Positions 40,258 through 48,539 of a stretch of DNA of 64,000 nucleotides are shown in pieces. Positions within the stretch are counted from its first letter, which is position 1. Every line of letters begins with the position of its first letter. Origin of the DNA: Amphiscolops sp. MND2022 (lineage: Eukaryota); assembly GCA_964187785.1 (NCBI GenBank), contig OZ076409.1, positions 63,056,001 through 63,120,000 on the forward strand, written 5' to 3'. A program made the position numbers and the translations under genes. The notes under the pieces were generated by a model. That model did not search any database. It was not told where the DNA came from and saw nothing but the letters and a program-made list of their open reading frames with translations.

Positions 40258-43200
40258 CACCGCTGATTGCTAATCGAGACCAAACTAGGGTGCGCCCTAC
40301 GGTATACAAAGGCACTAAAGATGGTTCTGTCGATGGATGGCTCCCAGTGATGAAGCGATTTCTAGAAAGGGTGCATGCAAAATCCCCAAAAATCGACAGA
40401 GCCTGGGCTATCATCGACCACCTGGAAGGAGAGGCGAGAAATTATATTATCAACAAATCTGAACCTGAACGAGACGAGCCCGACAAGGTATTCTCTCTCT
40501 TGGCCAGCAGATTTGGAACCGGTGGGAATCGCATGCACGTAAGGCAAACCTTCATGTCTCGTGTCCAACAGGAAAAAGAAGATTGGATGCAATTCCTGGA
40601 CGCATTAGAAGGTCTGCGCACCCAAGGTTTCCCAGATGAGCCTATCACTACACGTCGTTATGAGATCCTGCAACGTTTTATAGATGGTGTCAATGATCCG
40701 ACGCTGCGACAAGAGTTGGCCGTGGTATACGCTGCAGAGGCATATCTGACCGAACCACCAACTGTAGAATCCCTAAGGTTCACCACGAGACAATTGCAAC
40801 GGCATCGCCCAAACACGTCAAAACCTTACGACCCAAGGTATGCAATGAGATCGAGGCCTCATCCTTTCGTGCCAGGAAAATTGGTTCATCCAGCACCAGG
40901 CCTACCGCAAAACGTACTACCTCCTAACCAAGGACAACGAGAGGCTAAACCCCAAATGGCTCCACCAGCCCCTGCATCAGTAAAACAGGCTCCTGCACAA
41001 CAGCAACCAGCGAGAGTGGTTCCCCAAGGAGCATGCTTCAACTGTGGGCTACCAGGTCACTTTGCAAGGGAATGCCCAAGTCGAGACCTAGCAAGGAAAC
41101 CAGCGGCTCGCGCTGCACCTGAAGAGCGAGTAAACTTATGTGAGAATAATGTGGCCTCTGCATGTTCTGGCCCCGTATTCTGTGTAAATTGTGGCATGAC
41201 TGAACACTCTGCATCACAATGCCAAAATGTTCCAGTACATGAGGATTTGGCCTACAGCCTCTGGGCTGAACAGCCACCTGCTTCTCAAACAATGAGCGAC
41301 AGTGAAATGGTACTTATGCTTCGTCCTGCTGAAACCGCTCATGTGGCAACGCCCCTTACCGTCACATGTGGCAAGATTCAAATCCAGACGAACCCGGAGC
41401 CAACTACTTTTGATCCCTCGGGACGCACTATCATGTCTGTCCGATTACTATTGGCGATTGAGAGGGAAACCCGCCCAGAACTCACCATAGACGCCCTGAT
41501 AGACGAGATAACCGCAAACGAGAATTGCCGACAATTGACCCTGCCCCAACCGGAAGAATGGCAGGTAAAAGGTGTCACTTCGACGTATCATGCCTATTCT
41601 CCGATTCCAGTCAAAGTTTGCATAGATGGTGTTGACATGCGTTTTGGTGCCACTATCATTACTGACGCATTTCCTCCTGGAATCTGCTTGGGACCACAGG
41701 AGCTGCGCTGCTATAACATTGATGCTCAAGAACCAACTGGTGAAGCGAGAATCGATGAGCGTGCGTCGCTCGTAGTTTCATTCGTGGTTCCCGATGCTGC
41801 TCCCGTGCCATTACGTGGTCTGATAGACACTGGATCAGGAGTGTCCATCCTCACCTTCTCAGCCTACAATCGAGTCGCTGTGCGCACTGGGACACTCTTA
41901 CGACCTTATGGTATTGACTTGTATGCCGCGAATGGGAAAACGATCAAAACTTTTGGTCTAGCGGAGAAAGTCAAGTTCCAATTGGGAGGCTACGAACTGG
42001 AAACTAACTTCGTGGTAGTTGACGACGCCATGGGAGTGGAAGACTTCCTCCTGGGCAGAAACTTCCTAAGAGCTTATCAAGTCTTGGTGGATCTAACCGC
42101 GATGAAGGTCATTGTCCGAGCTCCGTCTGAACCAGTGTGGTACCATGCCCACACACAAGTAAGTAACGAATCACTCAATTCGTCGGTAGCGATTGCACAG
42201 GACGTAGTGTTGCAACCTTTTGAACGCGCAATACTACGCGCTAAACTGCTTGTAGACAACTTAGAACCTTTCATATTTCGAACCGTGCTAATCAATTTCC
42301 AAACACCTAACCGAATGTTAAAAAACGCCATCTTTTTAGAGGACACCGTGGCGACCGTGGGGGAGACTGGCTTCCTTTACGTCAGTTTAGGAAATCTTAC
42401 CAGCAACGTGCAGCGGATTAAAAAGGGCACCCTTTTAGGAACCGCGGTACCCGTAACGATGGTTCACAAAGCCATCCCCCAAATTGTCCCCGGACAATCA
42501 AGTGAAACTCAGCAGTCAAATGCAAATTATGTTTGTAAAGTTTACGAACAGATGAACCTTGACTCCTCTTCTGAATATAGTTCTTCATCTGAATTTGAGT
42601 TTTTGTCCTCTACCGAACCGTCAGAACTAGGCTTGTCCGAGCGCGAAGTAAAAAAACGAACCGATCCGGCGTTAATGGCTCCGATACCGGGCCCGGAAGC
42701 ACAACTCGACGAAGTGCGCGGTTTGTGGGGATCGACCGCCAGCGACACGCTTAGTAAACTTTTGAATGAATTTGATGATTTGTTTATGAAATTCAAAGCC
42801 GATATTGGTAAGTGTAAAATCGCCAAGCACCCGGTGGAAGTAGAGCCAGGGGCTGTACCCCACCGTGAAGGTGCAAGACGAATGTCGCCTGACAAGGCAG
42901 AACGTGCAAACCAAGAAGTCCGTGACCTGCTAGCTTTGGGAATGATACAGCCTTCTCTATCCCCTTGGGCGAGTGGAATCGTCATGGTCAAAAAGAAGAG
43001 TGGTGAATTGCGATTCTGTTGTGACTTTCGACCACTTAATGAAGTGACCATCAAAGACGCTTATCCCTTGCCACGTATCGATGAAAGTCTATCCAGATTG
43101 GGCAAAGCCAAAATCTATACTAGTATTGACTTGGCATGGGCATTCTGGCAAATTCCTGTCCGAAAAGCAGATCGTCAAAAGACTGCCTTCGCTTGTGAAC

Positions 43201-46200
43201 TTGGGTTATTTGAGTGGCGGCGTATGCCTTTTGGTATGTGTAACGCATCAGCAACATTTCAACGGGCAATAGCGCGAGCGCTACAAAGAATAGTGAACCG
43301 TGAAGGAAGTATGGTTATGGCCTACATCGATGACATTGTGATTGCTACCGAGACCATCGAGGATCACATGGATAGACTACGCGAAGTATTCCAATGCCTG
43401 CGTGAGGCCGGGTTCAAAATGAGAGTCTCCAAGTGTGACTTCATGAAATCGGAGATCAAATATTTGGGCCGGGTCGTATCCGCAGATGGTATCAAGCCAG
43501 ATCCAAAAGCTGTCACCAAGCTGAAAGAATGGGATATCCCGCGAACCAAAACTGAATTGCAAAGTTTCTTGGGTTTTGCCAACTACTATCGGGATTTTAT
43601 CCCATGGCATGCAAAACTAGTTGCCCCTTTACACGCGATAACGGGAGGAGCCTCTTCATTTTTATGGGGGGAGGAGCAGCAGCGAGCCTTCAACAGCATC
43701 AAAGTGGCACTAATGGAAGCCACCGCTCTGGCGCAACCTGACACTGAAGGCGAATTTGTTCTCGACACGGATGCTAGTGGTGTAGCTATATCGGGTATTC
43801 TGCACCAATGGCAAGGACCACCTGAGAGTCGCAAACTGCGACCGATTGTATTCGGAAGCAAAAAATTAACTGCTACGCAAGCAAAGTATGGAGCCCCAAA
43901 ATTGGAAATGTATGCTGCATACTATTTCATCTTGAAAAACCACAGTTACCTCTGTCCACGAAAATTCACACTGAGGGTAGATAATCAGGCCCTATCCTGG
44001 CTAAAAACATATTCGATGGATCAGGCGATTATCGGTCGATGGATTATGGCTCTTGAAAAATATCACTTCAGCATTGAGCATCGACCCAGAACGCAACATC
44101 GAAATGCTGATGGTCTTAGCAAACGAACAAATGATTACAAAAAACACGAAAAGCAACTAAAAGGCTTACCCGCAATTGCAGACAAATGGGATTTCCTGTC
44201 ACAGGAGGAATATAACAAACTCCCGCTAGCCCCATGGTTCGACGTCCACGGACGCGTGATACCAAATCATCCAGAATTGCCTGCACACTTGCAGAGGTTG
44301 GGTAGCCAATGTTCACCCGAGACCACAGTTGCCGCTCTCTCGCGAAAGAGCGGAGGAAGCAAACGAAATGCAACCATACGCGAGGAAGCCATGAGAGCGC
44401 CTCTACCTACATTGCCAAAACCAGAATTGACACTGCCCGCCGAACTTTATCCAGAATATCCTGAGGATTGGTTAGAACTGACCGAGGAATATCAACGAGA
44501 CTATCTACTCCCCACGCATGCTGCTAACGTACCATCAAGAACCACTTACCCACTAATGGAAAAGCAAGCAACTAGCACTGCACCAGAGCACGTAAAACAA
44601 GCCGCGTTTGTGGTAAACAGCATATCAATGGAACTGCATGAACATGCTAACACAGTCCATGGATTGAAGGATCTACTACTAGCACAAAACCGTGACGTCC
44701 ATATATTGGCCATCAAGAAATTGGTAATGCAAGAATCAATAGATAATGACGTCTTTCCGGAAAATGTGCGCACCTTTGCCAAAAACTACCACAAACAGAA
44801 GAAGAACCTCCTACTGATAAACGCCAACGGGATTTTGTGTGTAAAATACTCCAAAACTCAAAGAGCTTTGCATGAACGCCCCTGTATGATAGTGATGCCA
44901 CAATTGTATCAGCATGAGATACTATTCAAGGCCCACGACGCGATGGGACATCAGGGCATCGCGAAAGTCTTGGCCAGAATTCAAGAGCGCCACACTTGGC
45001 CAGGCATCCGCCGCACCATTGGACAATACGTCAGTCAATGTATCACTTGTCAACAAGTACGCGACAAGCCTGGTGATGTACGCTTTCACTTGAAAAATAT
45101 CCAAAGCGGTTATTTCAACGAGCTAGTCCAATATGACCACATGAAAATTTGTCCCTCTGATGATGGTAACACAGGGATATTGGTTATTATCGATCATTTC
45201 TCTAAGCTCGCAGAAGCTGTGCCATGTAACCACGATGAGTACGATGCAGCGACCACTTCAAAGTTGTTGTTGCAGAAGTGGTTTGCCCGCCATGGAACGC
45301 CAACGAGGATGCAGTCAGACAATGCTCCCAATTTCACCGCGGCAGTATCTGCTGAGTTTATGAAAGCAGCCCAAGTGACCAAAGTAACCTCAACTGCTGG
45401 CCACCCCAGGACTCAAGGGTTGGTAGAACGACAAAACCGAACGCTACTCACCCTACTGCGTGTATTCTGCTCTAGACGAATGCGTGACTGGGATCAGTAC
45501 CTAGATGAAGTTATGGGTGCATACAACTCCACACGTCATGCCACTACTGGATTTTCCCCGTATATGCTGACCAGAGGCATGGAAAAAGCTATACCCCTGA
45601 CTTTTTTGTATCCGGAATTTGCAACTCAGTCATTCGAATCACACGAAGCCTATGTGGAACATGTGCTGGCTCGACAACAAGAGATTCATGACTTAGTCCG
45701 TCGCAACACGCATCAAGCCCAACAACGACAAAAATTGAAGTACGACAGAGCAATTCGTGCTAAGGCCTACGAAGTGGGCGAACCTGTTTGGGTATTCTGC
45801 CGATACATTCCTCAAAAGGGATCTCCCAAATTGATGAGAGCGTGGCGTGGTCCTCACAAGGTAGCACGAGTGCTACAAGAGGGACGTGTTTACATACTTG
45901 ACACTGGGCAGAAAGTGCATTTCGAACGATTGAAACCGCATCATGGTGGTCCAACAGAATGGGCAGCTGTTCCTGCGCATAACGGCGAGGTTGCTATTAT
46001 CATGGACCCTGATCCAGAACAATCCCATGAGGAGGTGAGAGACGATGCTTCACAACCTTCTTACCGTGCAGAGGAACCAATTTCGGAAGCCAGTGATGCC
46101 TCTTTGCCTTCTCGACAAAGACATTGGATGGACACACGGTTACGCACACACATGCGCGCAGGTGGCAGCCGCCTACATTATCAACAATTTGGCTACTCTT

Positions 46201-48311
46201 CGACTGAGTCTGACGATGAACGTTCTGATGTACTCCTATCGAGTGCTCAAACAAATCCTGACGAAAGTGTCATCTTGCCATCACAAGCAGACGAGCCTGC
46301 GCCTATTCCCGAAATGCCAATATCACCACTACCTGCTATGGAGGCTCTATTTTCAGAGAATGAAGCAGTACCAGACGCATTAGATGTCGCCCCGAATCCT
46401 AATATCCACGTACCCACCGAAAGTGCCGCCACTTCTTTGACCGGTACATCCGCCCCATTATTGACAAATCCATCTCTTACGGATATGTTGAGTAACTTTC
46501 CCATTTGGCCCCTAATCGATGACAATGACCTCAACCCAACCCTGGACGACGACGGTGCCGATACACCAACGACCAATAACGAAAAGGGATCAATTCCCCC
46601 TGTAACAAATCCCATCAACAATGATGCAGCTACTACCACGAAACTCCCCAATGCTCCTAGAGGGCGTGGACCCCGGGGACGTCCGCCAGGCAGAGCAAGG
46701 CCGCGAGCCTCGCTACCACGTGGTCACCAACGGAGAGGTGCTATTAGAGGCACTCGCAAAAGAGGCCGTCCCAGAGGTAGACCTCCTCGTACAACGCACG
46801 CCAGACCTAACACTCCTACCCATATTCGTAACACTCCATCAATGGACACTGACTCTTCTGCCCCTAGCGCGGCGGTTACCTCAGATCAGGCAGCACCACC
46901 AGAATCGACCAACGCTCATTATGGACTGCGACGCAATCGTATTCCCAGATATCGTTGCGGAACATGTGGCCTACGAAACTGCGAATGTAACTACATGGTC
47001 CACGCGGGCTTCCCAATCGAATCCCAGGGAGTCCTACTAGCACGTGAACAGGAGAAACCACTTCCGAGCGGAATGGTTGACCGTTTGATTATTCGAGCCG
47101 AGAAAACCTACACTGGGCTACAACGCAGTGACACTCCATATCCCGTGGACTATATCCTATCCAAAATGAAGGATTCTACGATAGCAAGGGCTCCGTGCCC
47201 AAGGTTCAAGGAGTGGACCTATGATCTTGTTGGTTTGGAGTTCACCTTACCCATCACTGTTCCCCCTTTGCCTACAAATATTGCTTTTGGTCCTTTCAAC
47301 TATGAGCGAGAGCCTATCCAAATGATACGCTGTATTCCTGCTGACCTCTTGTACGACAAATACAACGTCACAGCAAAACCAGGAGACGTTTATCAGCCTA
47401 CAAGCAACTGGTGGCTACTAGTTACGGCCAAACAAGCATCCGACTTGGTTCATCCCACTAACTTGAACACCTGTCTGGAGAGTTTGCGGACGATGGCCTC
47501 TCCTGATAAAATCACTTGTTTCCACACGATAGACCTATATCGTGGTAAAATTAAGTTTGAATGGTGGCTGGAACTTATTATAGCAGTTTTATCAAATTTC
47601 TCACGAATCAGATTCCTGGACGAATGGACACACTCATTTCCTAGTCCTGTATCCCTCCAATCGGCCCTGCACGCACTGGATACATGGTCCAGGGCTAACA
47701 TTGATAATCAATCATTGCCGCGATCTGTATGGCAAGATTTGGGCGCAATCAAGGGCCTCCTCCCGAATGCATGTGACGATGCTCTTTCCAAGGACCCCGG
47801 ACGAGAGTTAGTGTACCATGGAGCCGCGAGACCTCAATTGGTTGACTATGTGCAGTATGCCAATACGGACTTCCTGCAGACTCCCCATCATATCGTTTTA
47901 TGTTGTCCTGCAAATCTGGAAACTAGTTCTGCCTCTCTTCGTTACGTCATTCGTGAGCATGGTGCAGATGCAATCTTTCAACTTCGACCGGAGGTTGGCA
48001 ATATTGTAACGCTACCCACGTCTTTGATAGACGGCCATCCTCAGACTATCCACCTTTTAATCACACGAGCTACACCTCGCTGCCCTATGCTCGCTGATAT
48101 TCTTTTTGGATGTCTTGATCATTTGAAAACGTTACTCGAGCGCTTGGAGGCGATAGAAGTACACTTTGCCATCGTTGATCCTGAACGCCCAATACGTAAT
48201 CTTTTTGATTTGTATGCCTGTTTGATGGACGTATTCGCCGACACCCCCCTGACCGTCGTTCTTCACGATCGCGTTTACGTATCTATTGCAAGCGTCGCTA
48301 GCTTTCCGTAA
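40242..48311 (+). CDS. gag-pol: Element B Gag-Pol polyprotein (2689 aa from ATG; frame open from 40098)
   Basis: Capsid-like region; CCHC knuckles at 41034 and 41181; protease LIDTGSG (41820); RT with MPFG and YIDD (43323); RNase H (LDTDAS...ELE-like KLEM...NADGLS); integrase HHCC (44934-45050), DDE core and WRGPHKV; ~780-aa extension. Confidence 0.97.
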   Translation: MSKELAPLIANRDQTRVRPTVYKGTKDGSVDGWLPVMKRFLERVHAKSPKIDRAWAIIDHLEGEARNYIINKSEPERDEPDKVFSLLASRFGTGGNRMHVRQTFMSRVQQEKEDWMQFLDALEGLRTQGFPDEPITTRRYEILQRFIDGVNDPTLRQELAVVYAAEAYLTEPPTVESLRFTTRQLQRHRPNTSKPYDPRYAMRSRPHPFVPGKLVHPAPGLPQNVLPPNQGQREAKPQMAPPAPASVKQAPAQQQPARVVPQGACFNCGLPGHFARECPSRDLARKPAARAAPEERVNLCENNVASACSGPVFCVNCGMTEHSASQCQNVPVHEDLAYSLWAEQPPASQTMSDSEMVLMLRPAETAHVATPLTVTCGKIQIQTNPEPTTFDPSGRTIMSVRLLLAIERETRPELTIDALIDEITANENCRQLTLPQPEEWQVKGVTSTYHAYSPIPVKVCIDGVDMRFGATIITDAFPPGICLGPQELRCYNIDAQEPTGEARIDERASLVVSFVVPDAAPVPLRGLIDTGSGVSILTFSAYNRVAVRTGTLLRPYGIDLYAANGKTIKTFGLAEKVKFQLGGYELETNFVVVDDAMGVEDFLLGRNFLRAYQVLVDLTAMKVIVRAPSEPVWYHAHTQVSNESLNSSVAIAQDVVLQPFERAILRAKLLVDNLEPFIFRTVLINFQTPNRMLKNAIFLEDTVATVGETGFLYVSLGNLTSNVQRIKKGTLLGTAVPVTMVHKAIPQIVPGQSSETQQSNANYVCKVYEQMNLDSSSEYSSSSEFEFLSSTEPSELGLSEREVKKRTDPALMAPIPGPEAQLDEVRGLWGSTASDTLSKLLNEFDDLFMKFKADIGKCKIAKHPVEVEPGAVPHREGARRMSPDKAERANQEVRDLLALGMIQPSLSPWASGIVMVKKKSGELRFCCDFRPLNEVTIKDAYPLPRIDESLSRLGKAKIYTSIDLAWAFWQIPVRKADRQKTAFACELGLFEWRRMPFGMCNASATFQRAIARALQRIVNREGSMVMAYIDDIVIATETIEDHMDRLREVFQCLREAGFKMRVSKCDFMKSEIKYLGRVVSADGIKPDPKAVTKLKEWDIPRTKTELQSFLGFANYYRDFIPWHAKLVAPLHAITGGASSFLWGEEQQRAFNSIKVALMEATALAQPDTEGEFVLDTDASGVAISGILHQWQGPPESRKLRPIVFGSKKLTATQAKYGAPKLEMYAAYYFILKNHSYLCPRKFTLRVDNQALSWLKTYSMDQAIIGRWIMALEKYHFSIEHRPRTQHRNADGLSKRTNDYKKHEKQLKGLPAIADKWDFLSQEEYNKLPLAPWFDVHGRVIPNHPELPAHLQRLGSQCSPETTVAALSRKSGGSKRNATIREEAMRAPLPTLPKPELTLPAELYPEYPEDWLELTEEYQRDYLLPTHAANVPSRTTYPLMEKQATSTAPEHVKQAAFVVNSISMELHEHANTVHGLKDLLLAQNRDVHILAIKKLVMQESIDNDVFPENVRTFAKNYHKQKKNLLLINANGILCVKYSKTQRALHERPCMIVMPQLYQHEILFKAHDAMGHQGIAKVLARIQERHTWPGIRRTIGQYVSQCITCQQVRDKPGDVRFHLKNIQSGYFNELVQYDHMKICPSDDGNTGILVIIDHFSKLAEAVPCNHDEYDAATTSKLLLQKWFARHGTPTRMQSDNAPNFTAAVSAEFMKAAQVTKVTSTAGHPRTQGLVERQNRTLLTLLRVFCSRRMRDWDQYLDEVMGAYNSTRHATTGFSPYMLTRGMEKAIPLTFLYPEFATQSFESHEAYVEHVLARQQEIHDLVRRNTHQAQQRQKLKYDRAIRAKAYEVGEPVWVFCRYIPQKGSPKLMRAWRGPHKVARVLQEGRVYILDTGQKVHFERLKPHHGGPTEWAAVPAHNGEVAIIMDPDPEQSHEEVRDDASQPSYRAEEPISEASDASLPSRQRHWMDTRLRTHMRAGGSRLHYQQFGYSSTESDDERSDVLLSSAQTNPDESVILPSQADEPAPIPEMPISPLPAMEALFSENEAVPDALDVAPNPNIHVPTESAATSLTGTSAPLLTNPSLTDMLSNFPIWPLIDDNDLNPTLDDDGADTPTTNNEKGSIPPVTNPINNDAATTTKLPNAPRGRGPRGRPPGRARPRASLPRGHQRRGAIRGTRKRGRPRGRPPRTTHARPNTPTHIRNTPSMDTDSSAPSAAVTSDQAAPPESTNAHYGLRRNRIPRYRCGTCGLRNCECNYMVHAGFPIESQGVLLAREQEKPLPSGMVDRLIIRAEKTYTGLQRSDTPYPVDYILSKMKDSTIARAPCPRFKEWTYDLVGLEFTLPITVPPLPTNIAFGPFNYEREPIQMIRCIPADLLYDKYNVTAKPGDVYQPTSNWWLLVTAKQASDLVHPTNLNTCLESLRTMASPDKITCFHTIDLYRGKIKFEWWLELIIAVLSNFSRIRFLDEWTHSFPSPVSLQSALHALDTWSRANIDNQSLPRSVWQDLGAIKGLLPNACDDALSKDPGRELVYHGAARPQLVDYVQYANTDFLQTPHHIVLCCPANLETSSASLRYVIREHGADAIFQLRPEVGNIVTLPTSLIDGHPQTIHLLITRATPRCPMLADILFGCLDHLKTLLERLEAIEVHFAIVDPERPIRNLFDLYACLMDVFADTPLTVVLHDRVYVSIASVASFP

Positions 48312-48539
48312 AACTTTCGTTTGTCCGCTTTCTTTTTTTTGTTTTTCGTTTTTTTTGTCCGCTCGATTAAGTTTAGTGAATCGATACGAAGTTTATTTGA
48401 GACTATTACGTTATCTTTTTCTTTAATGTTAATGTGTAACATTCTATTACTTTCCCTGGTATTACCCTTAAATGACCTATGGTGTTACCCTACTATCAAG
48501 TGTGCTACAATCGACCTACGCTCTTTCAGAACTGTCGTC

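Noticed and set aside
48321..48539. Hydrophobic N-terminus of the track ORF read as an Env signal peptide
   Set aside because: It derives from a TTG start in T-rich intergenic-like sequence upstream of a splice acceptor; ATG 48540 is the more plausible start, although upstream in-frame ATGs are not excluded
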